A DNA stretch of 57,538 bases, taken from the NCBI GenBank assembly GCA_036507075.1, contig DASXQR010000124.1, positions 1 to 57,538 on the forward strand, given 5' to 3'. The notes beneath the pieces are model-generated. The model was not told where the DNA came from. It saw only the letters and a program-made list of their open reading frames with translations, and did no database searches. Position numbers and translations under genes: made by a program. Each line of letters begins with the position of its first letter. Positions within the stretch are counted from its first letter, which is position 1. Shown in pieces: positions 30,423 through 38,547 of the stretch. Source of the stretch: Acidobacteriota bacterium. GTDB lineage: Bacteria > Acidobacteriota > UBA6911 > JACQSX01.

Positions 30423-31088
30423 TCAATTCACCTGCCGGCCATCAAACAGCCGCACCACGCGCTGGGTTTTTTCGGCCTGACGCTGCTCGTGCGTGACCAT
30501 TACAACAGTGGTTTTCTCCCGGCGATTGAGATCGGAGAGTATTCCGATAATTTCATCTCCCATCTGGCTGTCCAGATTTCCCGTCGGTTCGTCCGCTAGC
30601 AGGATACGGGGATTGCCCACAATGGCTCTGGCTATGGCCACGCGCTGCTGCTGCCCGCCGGAGAGCTGTGAGGGAAAGTGATGCACGCGGGAAGTGAGTC
30701 CCACGCGGTCCAGAGCGCGCAGCGCGCGCTTGCGGCGTTCCGAGCCGGACATGCGACGATAGAGAAGTGGGATTTCCACGTTGTCGACTACGCTCAAGTC
30801 GCTGATCAAGTGAAATGTCTGGAAAATAAACCCGATTTGTTCGTTGCGGATCTTCGCCAGGTGCCGGTCCCCGAAGGAATTAATCTCGCGCCCGTTGAGC
30901 GCCACCTTGCCTTTCGTAGGGACGTCGAGCAGGCCGATCACGTTCAACAGCGTGCTCTTGCCGGAGCCGGAAGGGCCCATCACGGATATGAATTCTCCCT
31001 CCTGGACGTCCAGATTGATGTTGTTCAGCGCAACGGTTTCAATTCTGTCGGTGCGATATACTTTTTCGATGTTCTCGAGTTCGATCAT
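30423..31088 (-). CDS. ABC transporter ATP-binding protein (LolD/MacB-type)
   Basis: GPSGSGKST, LSGGQQQRVAIARA, ILLADEPTGNLD, VTHE. Confidence 0.95.
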   Translation of the reverse strand: MIELENIEKVYRTDRIETVALNNINLDVQEGEFISVMGPSGSGKSTLLNVIGLLDVPTKGKVALNGREINSFGDRHLAKIRNEQIGFIFQTFHLISDLSVVDNVEIPLLYRRMSGSERRKRALRALDRVGLTSRVHHFPSQLSGGQQQRVAIARAIVGNPRILLADEPTGNLDSQMGDEIIGILSDLNRREKTTVVMVTHEQRQAEKTQRVVRLFDGRQVN

Positions 31089-31107
31089 TGAGACTCCTCA
31101 GAGGGCA

Positions 31108-31164
31108 TTCACCACAAAGGCACAAAGGACACGAAGGCTTTGTGCCCTTTGTGTCTTTGTGGTT
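31108..31164. repeat. Inverted nonamer palindrome (CACCACAAAGGCACAAAGGACAC family)
   Basis: ACCACAAAGGCACAAAGGACACGAAG / CTTTGTGCCCTTTGTGTCTTTGTGGT; touches the stop codon of the HlyD gene. Confidence 0.9.
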
Positions 31165-32411
31165 TATTTCAGTTTCACTTCCTTCAGATGCATGTAGTCA
31201 CTCATGTCTGAGATGATCACTTCATCTCCGGCCAACAAGCCGCCCGCCACTTCGTATTCATCGAAGCTGGAGATTCCAATGCGGACCAGTGTTTTCACCG
31301 CTGCATCCCCTCGAATCACAAATACCTCGTAAGAACCTTCTCCACCGTTGATGAACGGGCCCTTCTTGATCCTCAATGCTGCCGGTTTTCTGTCGGTAAT
31401 CAGTAAAACGTCCGCGCGAAGGTTTGATCGCAGCAGTGGGCTGGACCTTTCATCCAGTGCCACCTGCAAAGTGATCACACCGTCCTTGATCGTCGGAAGA
31501 ATGTTGGAGACGGCCCCTGCAAGATATTTTTCTTCGATCTTGACGCGGGCAGGCAAACCGACGCGAATGCGATTGGCGTGCACATCGGAAACGGCGGCGT
31601 CCACTCGGAACGTCTTCAGATCTGCGATGCGAGCCACTACCTCGCCCCTGTGTACGGTGCCGCCCTCCTCCGGGAACACCCAGGTCAACACGCCGCTGCG
31701 GTCCGATTTGGTGGTGCCAAGGTTCAATTGGCGCCTGGCTTCCTCGCGCTCTTTGTTCAGTGTGGTCATTTCCAGCTCAAGCCCTTCGCGCTGCGTGGCA
31801 CTGGAGCGCTGAGCGTTGAGTTTGGCTGCTTCCAACTTCTTTAATTCGATCGCGGCCTTGGAAGCATCGAGTTCCGATTTCCGAAGGACCTCTTCGGACG
31901 TCAATCCTTCCTTGAGAAGGCTCCGGTTGCGCGCCACTTCGGATTTGAGCGACTGCAACTCGAGGTTCTTGACATCCCACTGGCTCTGAAGGTCAATCAG
32001 GGTATTTTCGAGATCGAGCTTCGTCTTCGACTGCTGGTTTTGCTTCAACGCCATACTCTGACTGAGCCTTTCAACCGCCAGCACCGATTCGCTCAAATCA
32101 AGTTGCAGGATCGGTTCCCCTGCGGCAAGCACGGCTCCCGGGCGCTTCAGGATCTTGATCACCCGGGCGTCGACAGGGCTGGAAAGCACCTGTTCTATTT
32201 CCGGCACCACGGTCCCTGAAGCAGTGATGCTGGCTTCGATCGGCCCGCTGTCAACGCGAGCGGTTCGGATGCGATCCCGGCTGATGGAAGGGCGAAGCCA
32301 GTTTGGCCCCCATATGAGAATTGCAACCAGCATTGACACGGAGAGGCCGGTGGCGGTGGCGCGTTTAAGAATGGTTCGCCGTCGGAAAGTCGGGTCGAGG
32401 GGCCGGTCCAT
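31164..32411 (-). CDS. Efflux periplasmic adaptor subunit (HlyD/MacA-like membrane fusion protein)
   Basis: N-terminal TM, ITASGTVVP, lipoyl-like SSPVDARVIKIL, long coiled coil, GLLAGDEVIISD; start at 32411 (MDRP) or 32420. Confidence 0.9.
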   Translation of the reverse strand: MDRPLDPTFRRRTILKRATATGLSVSMLVAILIWGPNWLRPSISRDRIRTARVDSGPIEASITASGTVVPEIEQVLSSPVDARVIKILKRPGAVLAAGEPILQLDLSESVLAVERLSQSMALKQNQQSKTKLDLENTLIDLQSQWDVKNLELQSLKSEVARNRSLLKEGLTSEEVLRKSELDASKAAIELKKLEAAKLNAQRSSATQREGLELEMTTLNKEREEARRQLNLGTTKSDRSGVLTWVFPEEGGTVHRGEVVARIADLKTFRVDAAVSDVHANRIRVGLPARVKIEEKYLAGAVSNILPTIKDGVITLQVALDERSSPLLRSNLRADVLLITDRKPAALRIKKGPFINGGEGSYEVFVIRGDAAVKTLVRIGISSFDEYEVAGGLLAGDEVIISDMSDYMHLKEVKLK

Positions 32412-32423
32412 GGCCGGCATTAC

Positions 32424-32438
32424 GCAAGTTCGTTGCCA
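32424..32438 (-). promoter_or_regulatory. Sigma54 (-24/-12) promoter for the HlyD-ABC operon
   Basis: Minus strand TGGCAACGAACTTGC: GG-N10-GC with TGGCA and TTGC consensus; the operon encodes a GAFTDA-type activator. Confidence 0.75.
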
Positions 32439-32491
32439 ATCACAAAGAGATTGAACCGCGGGAATTTAGCGTTTCAGCGGATGCAGAAACC

Positions 32492-32527
32492 CGTTCGGCC
32501 ACGCACAGCAGTGTCCGAAAGTGGGCA
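32492..32527. promoter_or_regulatory. Candidate tandem enhancer (UAS) sites for the sigma54 activator
   Basis: Imperfect palindromes CGTTCG-N4-CGCACA (32492-32507) and TGTCCG-N4-TGGGCA (32512-32527), 20 bp apart, ~80-115 bp upstream of the predicted TSS. Confidence 0.5.
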
Positions 32528-32535
32528 ATGAAAGA

Positions 32536-33669
32536 TTACCATCCCAACAGGACGATGCCTTGACCGTCTTCCCACACCGCTACCGGCTTTGGCCGATATG
32601 GCGATCCCACGATGGAGGGGAAGGCTCCCTTTCCCATGTTGCTCGGTTCGCCGTTGCCGGGGGCCAGCAGGAAAATAGATCCGTTGGACTGCCACAGCAT
32701 GTACGCGGCGTCGCGGGAGTACGCGACCACCGGCTGGCTTCCCTCTCCCAAAAATTTTTCACCGGCTGAAAGTCCCGGCATGTAAAAAAGATTCCCCTCG
32801 CGTCTCCAGACGGTTCCGATTCCCTGTTTTGCGCTTGCCGCCAGGGATCCACCGTCCATGGGACAAGCCTTCAGCGGCCAGGAGCCGGTCCCCAGTTTGA
32901 CGGCAGGACCGAAGGTTGCGCCTCCGTCCCGGGAAACCGCAGCGTACATATCGCGGGCGCCGTTCAGCCAGTTTCGCCACATCACGTAGATACGACCCGT
33001 GCCGTCTGCCACGGCCGAAGGGTGACAACATTCGCAGATGTGTCCGTCGGGAGACTGATAGATCATGGAGTTTTCCGACCAGGTTTTTCCTCCATCGGGG
33101 GATCGCGCCTCGGCTAGTTCTGTTTTACCGTGTCGAAGATCAAGCCACGCTGCAAAGACGCCGTCTCCCTTGACGGCACAAACTGTATGCAACCCTTCGC
33201 GTGCGGTAGCTTCCCGATCATTCACATTCACCGGACCAGCCCACGAAATTCCGCCGTCTTTGGACCGCCATGCCTGCAGGTTTCCGGCCTTGCCAATCGC
33301 AGACACGATCACGTAATTGTTCGTCACTGCCAGTCGCGGACCGCGCCGTTTGCCAAGCGCCAAGTGGTCCAGTTCCGCTATTTTCTTAGGCTCCGAGAAT
33401 GGCTTACCCGGGGCCCGGGACACCTGTATGAATATCGAATTGCCCTCTCCGAACACAACATAAGTCTCGCCACCCGGCCCCAGCGCAATCTGTGGCTGCT
33501 GGCCAAAGGCGGAAATCCGCACCGGCGTGCGCCCATCGGCAAGGCTGTCAATCGGGAATAGCAATAGCACCACAAAGACACAAAGGACACAAATAGTCCT
33601 TAGTGTCCTATGTGTCTTTGTGGTGAGAGAAATTTTCGCCCAGAAATCGCTCTGTTTCGTTTCCTCCAA
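32536..33669 (-). CDS. Exported BNR/Asp-box (sialidase-fold) protein
   Basis: Asp boxes SKDGGISW, SPDGGKTW, SRDGGATF; ICECCHP and WPLKACPMDGG; TTG start 7 nt after GGAGG at the end of the upstream gene. Confidence 0.85.
   Translation of the reverse strand: MEETKQSDFWAKISLTTKTHRTLRTICVLCVFVVLLLFPIDSLADGRTPVRISAFGQQPQIALGPGGETYVVFGEGNSIFIQVSRAPGKPFSEPKKIAELDHLALGKRRGPRLAVTNNYVIVSAIGKAGNLQAWRSKDGGISWAGPVNVNDREATAREGLHTVCAVKGDGVFAAWLDLRHGKTELAEARSPDGGKTWSENSMIYQSPDGHICECCHPSAVADGTGRIYVMWRNWLNGARDMYAAVSRDGGATFGPAVKLGTGSWPLKACPMDGGSLAASAKQGIGTVWRREGNLFYMPGLSAGEKFLGEGSQPVVAYSRDAAYMLWQSNGSIFLLAPGNGEPSNMGKGAFPSIVGSPYRPKPVAVWEDGQGIVLLGW
33568..33625. repeat. Nonamer-family palindrome inside the 5' end of the BNR gene
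   Basis: CACCACAAAGACACAAAGGACAC - 12 nt - GTGTCCTATGTGTCTTTGTGGTG (23-bp arms, 1 mismatch), same family as 31108. Confidence 0.9.
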
Positions 33670-33671
33670 CT

Positions 33672-34685
33672 TTACACCTCCAGCATCGCCTTCACCACCC
33701 GATTGCCAGGATCGAGCCAGGAAGGGAATTTTTCAATCAAGTCTCCAAAGTCCGCCCGATGTGTGATCCACGGCTTGGTATCGATCTTTCCATTTTCGAT
33801 CAAGTGAATAATCTCTATAAAGTCATTCGAGGTTGAATTGCGGCTGCTCAGTAGAGTCAATTCGCGGCGATGAAAATCGGGATCATCAAAACTTATATCT
33901 CCCTTGACCAGGCCGACGAATACCAGCTTTCCTCCATGCGACACATATTGAAATGCGTTTTTCATTGACCGCGCGTCGCCGGTGGCATCGAAGACCACTG
34001 AAGGAAGCTGGCCGTTGGTGATCTCGCCGAGAATGGAAACCGCCCGCTCGCCATTGGAAATGGAGGCTTCCACTTCCATTTGGCCGCGGCAAAAGTTGAG
34101 GCGCTCCGCATTCAGATCCATGGCAATCAACCGAGCTTGAGCGATTCTGACAAACTGCATCACCGCCAGTCCAATGGGGCCGGCGCCTATGACGAGAACC
34201 CAATCGCCCGGCCGCACCTCCGCGCGCGCTATGGCGTGGGCCCCGATAGCGAGAGTTTCCACCAGCGCAAGCTGATCGAGTGAAAGCTTTTCCGATTTAT
34301 GCAATTTCGCAGCGGGAACCGTGATGAGCTCGCGCATTCCGCCGTCCACGTGCACTCCCAATACGGCAAGCTTTTCGCAGCAGTTCGTTTTCCCGATATG
34401 GCAGGCAAAGCACTGGCCGCAGTTCAGGTACGGTTCCACTGCGCATCGGTCTCCCGGTTTCAAATCGAACTGACCGCCTGCGGCCAGGAGCTCTACTCCG
34501 AGCTCATGCCCGAGGATGCGCGGATAGGAAAAAAACGGTTGATTTCCCCGATAAGCATGAAGATCCGTGCCGCATATACCAATGCGGCGAACGCGTACTA
34601 CCGCCTCGCCGGGACCGGGCTCCCCGGGCACATTCAACTTGATACGGGCAAATCTCTCCGGTTCCTGAAGGACGATTGCTTCCAT
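33672..34685 (-). CDS. Zinc-binding alcohol dehydrogenase family protein (sugar-acid dehydrogenase, YjjN-like)
   Basis: GICGTDLH, ILGHE, CGQCFACHIGKTNCC, GAGPIG, DATG, FHRRELTLLSSRN. Confidence 0.92.
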   Translation of the reverse strand: MEAIVLQEPERFARIKLNVPGEPGPGEAVVRVRRIGICGTDLHAYRGNQPFFSYPRILGHELGVELLAAGGQFDLKPGDRCAVEPYLNCGQCFACHIGKTNCCEKLAVLGVHVDGGMRELITVPAAKLHKSEKLSLDQLALVETLAIGAHAIARAEVRPGDWVLVIGAGPIGLAVMQFVRIAQARLIAMDLNAERLNFCRGQMEVEASISNGERAVSILGEITNGQLPSVVFDATGDARSMKNAFQYVSHGGKLVFVGLVKGDISFDDPDFHRRELTLLSSRNSTSNDFIEIIHLIENGKIDTKPWITHRADFGDLIEKFPSWLDPGNRVVKAMLEV

Positions 34686-34713
34686 GCAGTGCTCAAAATC
34701 TTTATTTTACAAC

Positions 34714-34922
34714 AAAGCCGTCCGCGTTTAGACCACGTCAACGTCCACGGCTACGTTCACGAATACCTCGACTGTGCGGCTTCTCTCGTGATTCCAGTCA
34801 ATCAGTGCTGTGCGGTTTTCACAGTGGACGTGCACGTGATCGTTTCGTGATCGTGGTCGTTGACGTGCACGTGCACGTGGCCGTTCTCGGCTTTTGTTTG
34901 GTCGCGGCCTGCGGCTGCGCTG
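34714..34922. repeat. Inverted hexamer (CACGTC/GACGTG) element with signature arm
   Basis: AAAGCCGTCC..CACGTCAACGTCCACGGCTACGTTCACG / GACGTGCACGTG...; 34888-34922 is a near-identical reverse complement of 20266-20301. Confidence 0.85.
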
Positions 34923-34933
34923 AGCCGTCGGAG

Positions 34934-35725
34934 CTAAAGAACCAGCCGAACTTCGCCCTTCTCCTCTTCGGTGCGGTATGTCTTGATCGGTTTTTTTGCA
35001 GGGCCGTATTTGACTTCGCCGTTGTCTACATCAAACTGAGACCCGTGCCACGGGCACTGCACCGTGGCACACGCAAGGGATCCCCCTGCCAGCGAACCAC
35101 CTTTATGGGTGCAACGGTCATCGAATGCAACATATCCTTTCTCAGTCCTCGCGACCACAATTCGTTTGCCATTGACTCTCACCAGCTTCATCTGGTTTGG
35201 CTCAAGCTCATCGGTCCTGGCAACAATCAGCGGTTCGCCAGGGCGCTTGTGAATCGTTTCATCTTTCCATTTTCCCGCTCCCGCGTACCGATGATCGATG
35301 CTGATCTGGTTTCTGGAAACCAGTGTTCCGCCCATGTAACCGGCGGTGTTCAGCATTGCAAAGCCGATCAGCTCCATGCCGAGAGTGAGCAGCGTTGGCG
35401 GCTCTCCGGAGCCACCCCTTACCCACCAGGCGCCTGCAAATAACAGCAGCGATCCTATGTTCAACAGCCCATGTTTGGCGGCTCGACTCTTGCCCGAGCT
35501 GTTTGGTGGAACGGTGTACAGATAGTCGACAAACCCGGGAACCGCTGCGATCAGGGCGGTTGCCATACCAGCAAGCGCCACGTAGCCGCCTGCAATCCAA
35601 AGCGGCGGCCGGTCGAAGTACCATCCGGCTAGATTGAACAAAAAAGCGCCCGAAAGGAACGCAAACGGATAAGGAATCAAGGCAGGATGAATCGGATGAC
35701 CCTGAAAATGCGCCGTGCTTCTCAT
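34934..35725 (-). CDS. DUF2231 membrane domain fused to a Rieske [2Fe-2S] domain
   Basis: GHPIHPALIPYP, KHGLLN, GYMGGTLV; Rieske CTHKGG...CPWHGSQFD; start at ATG 35725. Confidence 0.88.
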   Translation of the reverse strand: MRSTAHFQGHPIHPALIPYPFAFLSGAFLFNLAGWYFDRPPLWIAGGYVALAGMATALIAAVPGFVDYLYTVPPNSSGKSRAAKHGLLNIGSLLLFAGAWWVRGGSGEPPTLLTLGMELIGFAMLNTAGYMGGTLVSRNQISIDHRYAGAGKWKDETIHKRPGEPLIVARTDELEPNQMKLVRVNGKRIVVARTEKGYVAFDDRCTHKGGSLAGGSLACATVQCPWHGSQFDVDNGEVKYGPAKKPIKTYRTEEEKGEVRLVL

Positions 35726-36025
35726 ATTAATTGGACCCCTGTTTCTGAATAAAGGCCCGAAGCATTTCAATGTCAACAGCGGTAAGGTTGTGACGTAGTA
35801 AATACTTCCCTTCAAACAGCCGAGTCGCGGCAGCCAGATAAAAATTCTGGTTTGGTGCCTTAGTGGTTCAATTTTTCCTGATACATCCCCCCTCCATTGC
35901 GAGATCAACGAAATCATTATTAAATCAAAAGAGGATCTTCGGTGCTGCTGGAGCGCCGGAATGACGCAAGGAATCTTAGTATCCGCGCCGGCTGAGGTCG
36001 GCACGGCTGAAAAGGAGGAATAATA

Positions 36026-36799
36026 ATGAATAAAGCTTTGGGTTTCATTACCGCCACCGGCTTGGGCGCAGGATTGATGTACATCATGGATCCGGATATT
36101 GGAAGGCGCAGGAGGGCCTTGGCTCGCGACAAAGCGGTTCGAGGCTGGCACAAGACCGAAGACACCATTGAAATGACTTCCCGTGACTTCAGCAACCGGG
36201 CTTACGGAATGCTCGCCCGCGCAAGTTCGGCATTTTCACCAAGAGAGGTGAGCGACGAGGTTCTAACCGAACGGATTCGCTCCAGAATGGGTCGTTACGT
36301 GTCCCACCCGGGCGCGATCCAAGTTTCGACAAACAATGGTCAGGTTACACTTCAGGGTGACATTCTTTCCAAAGAAGTTGAGAAACTGATCGCCATCGTC
36401 AAGGGAATACACGGTGTGGAACGTGTACACAACCGGCTTCAGGTGCATGACAGCGCCGAAAACGTACCCGCCCTGCAGGGGCATTCTGGAATCTCAGGCG
36501 AACGCTTCGAACTTTCCCAGCGGAACTGGTCGCCCACGGCTCGCCTGATGATCGGTGCCACGGGAGGAATGATGGCCCTTTATGGGATCCGGCATGGCGG
36601 CACTCTGGGAGGTGCCATGGGCACTCTGGGCCTCGGATTGATCGCCCGCGGACTGCTGCACGATCAATGCTCGCGTTCTGAAGCGCGTGTCGGTTCGGGC
36701 CAAAAAGAGCGGCAGGACGACCAGACGCCGTGGGGCCGGAGCGAGGAACCGCGGTTCAGCCCGGCTTCAAACGAGGCGATTACAGAGCCTGCAACATAA
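36026..36799 (+). CDS. BON domain-containing protein
   Basis: AAGGAGG RBS; GLGAGLMYIMDPDIGRRRRA N-terminus; VSDEVLTERIRS...VTLQG...GVERVHNRL BON domain. Confidence 0.85.
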   Translation: MNKALGFITATGLGAGLMYIMDPDIGRRRRALARDKAVRGWHKTEDTIEMTSRDFSNRAYGMLARASSAFSPREVSDEVLTERIRSRMGRYVSHPGAIQVSTNNGQVTLQGDILSKEVEKLIAIVKGIHGVERVHNRLQVHDSAENVPALQGHSGISGERFELSQRNWSPTARLMIGATGGMMALYGIRHGGTLGGAMGTLGLGLIARGLLHDQCSRSEARVGSGQKERQDDQTPWGRSEEPRFSPASNEAITEPAT

Positions 36800-36814
36800 A
36801 TCGAGAAACGACCT

Positions 36815-36870
36815 GTGTTCTTTGTGCCTTTGTGGTGAAAAAAATGTCACCACAGAGGCACCAAAGACAG
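36815..36870. repeat. Nonamer-family palindrome (arms in reversed order) between convergent genes
   Basis: CTTTGTGCCTTTGTGGTGA - AAAAAATG - TCACCACAGAGGCACCAAAG. Confidence 0.8.
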
Positions 36871-36877
36871 AGGGATT

Positions 36878-37285
36878 TTAGCGCCATCCAAACAACTTTC
36901 GATCCAGAGACCACGGGCCTGAGCCGAGCAGGAACAAAGCCACCATGGCCCCCATGAGCGACAACGCCAGCTCGTATCCGCCCACCAGACCCTGATGCAG
37001 GTATAAAATGTGGAATTTCACGACGGCGACGCCCATCTGTATCGCCAGCAGCAGCGATGCGAGCCGCACCAGCAGGCCGAAGAACAGCAGCATCGCGCCC
37101 AGAAATTCGACCAGCTCGCCGACGTAGAGAAAATAGTAGGGGAGATGGATGTTGGCAATGGTCGCGGCAAACCGTTCCGTGCCGCCGAATACCTTCAAAT
37201 AACCATGCACCCCGAAAATCGCGGCGCCGGTCAGCCGCAGCGCCAGCGACGCGTAATCTCGCATGGAATCCAGGCGCCTGGCCAT
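36878..37285 (-). CDS. DoxX family membrane protein
   Basis: LALRL..IFGVHGYLK, VEFLGA, GGYELAL, GSGPWSLD; ATG 37285 overlaps the upstream TGA. Confidence 0.9.
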   Translation of the reverse strand: MARRLDSMRDYASLALRLTGAAIFGVHGYLKVFGGTERFAATIANIHLPYYFLYVGELVEFLGAMLLFFGLLVRLASLLLAIQMGVAVVKFHILYLHQGLVGGYELALSLMGAMVALFLLGSGPWSLDRKLFGWR

Positions 37286-38304
37286 CACGACCCTAGTTTC
37301 TCCGCCAGAATCTTCCTCAGTTCGGCGCCCCGCATTTCCTTGTAACGGATCTTGCCTTCCGGATCGATCAGGAAAGTATCCGGAATACTGGTGACCCGAT
37401 ATAACTGCGAGATGCGATTCTCCCATCCTTTGCCGTCGAAATACTGCGGCCATTTCATGTCCAGATCTTTAAGCATCTTGAGCAGGTCATCCTTGTTGTG
37501 ATCCAGAGAAATGCCGACCATTGCAAACCTCCCGTCACCGCCAAACTCCGCATGAATGGCTTTCATGTGGGGGATCTCGATCTGGCAGGGCCCGCACCAG
37601 GTGGCCCAGAAGTCAAGCAGCACCCACTTGCCCCGCAAGTCCTCGAGGGCGATCTTTCTCCCTGCCAGATCGGTAAAATCGAAAGCCGGCGCTTTCGCTC
37701 CGACGCCGGTGAGCTTGAGTTCTTCGATCGCGCTGCGCGCTTCACCCGCAATCTTTGTATTGCCGTAGGATGCCAGAAACTTGTTCAGCGCTTCCACCCG
37801 TCGCGTATCGTCTTGCTCGATGTTGGCCAGCATCAGCCGGGCTGCGGCCTCATTCTCCCTGTTGTGCGTTGCGCTTGCAATTCTGGACAGCTCATCCCGC
37901 GTGGCCTGAAGACCGAAAGCCTCCAGATGAAGCGGGACTGAAGCGCTCAGGATCTCGGGAACTGCGTGGTTGTCAGGATAACGGGACGCGGTCTTGAGGT
38001 AAGCTGCCAGGCCTTCTCCGTCCTGAAGGCTGTTCATCAGCGTCAGGATCCACAGATGGGCTTTGGTTGAGTCCGGCGAGTCGGGATACTTCAGGGCAAA
38101 ACCCTCCCACATTTTCTTCCAGCGAAGCCGCGCATCAGCGCCTTTGTTTCCGTCTTGCTGCCACTGCGCAAACTCGGCTTTCATCGCCTTCTCCATATCC
38201 GCCGCTTCTCTTGCAATGTGGGCCGAGCCGGGATGCGCGATCCACCACATTCCGCCGAGCAGAAGAACGGCTGCGGCCATCAGGAGGCCTATCTTGAATT
38301 TCAT
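37285..38304 (-). CDS. TlpA-family thiol:disulfide oxidoreductase with helical N-terminal domain
   Basis: APAFDFTDLAG, LDFWATWCGPC, GISLD, SIPDTFLIDPEG; N-terminal signal/anchor. Confidence 0.9.
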   Translation of the reverse strand: MKFKIGLLMAAAVLLLGGMWWIAHPGSAHIAREAADMEKAMKAEFAQWQQDGNKGADARLRWKKMWEGFALKYPDSPDSTKAHLWILTLMNSLQDGEGLAAYLKTASRYPDNHAVPEILSASVPLHLEAFGLQATRDELSRIASATHNRENEAAARLMLANIEQDDTRRVEALNKFLASYGNTKIAGEARSAIEELKLTGVGAKAPAFDFTDLAGRKIALEDLRGKWVLLDFWATWCGPCQIEIPHMKAIHAEFGGDGRFAMVGISLDHNKDDLLKMLKDLDMKWPQYFDGKGWENRISQLYRVTSIPDTFLIDPEGKIRYKEMRGAELRKILAEKLGS

Positions 38305-38358
38305 ATCATTCTCAGATTCAAATGGCGCAGTGTACTAGCCTGGATTATTCAAAAGCAT

Positions 38359-38527
38359 TAACCGCAAAGAACGCCAAGAACGCTAAGAATAGCGCACAGG
38401 ACGGAGCTGAAGCTTGAAGTATGAAGGCCATCAAAGCCGCATCAAATGTTGGGATGGTGCCTTCATACTTCAAGCTTCAGCCCCGTCCTGTGCGCCATCT
38501 CGGCGTTCTTGGCGCTCTTCGCGGTTA
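38359..38527. repeat. Nested palindrome: nonamer outer arms and heptamer (TGAAGTA-like) inner arms
   Basis: TAACCGCAAAGAACGCCAAGAACGC..GCGCACAGGACGGAGCTGAAGCTTGAAGTATGAAGGC pairs with GCCTTCATACTTCAAGCTTCAGCCCCGTCCTGTGCGC..GCGTTCTTGGCGCTCTTCGCGGTTA. Confidence 0.9.
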
Positions 38528-38547
38528 GTTCTCTTGAACGATCCAGG

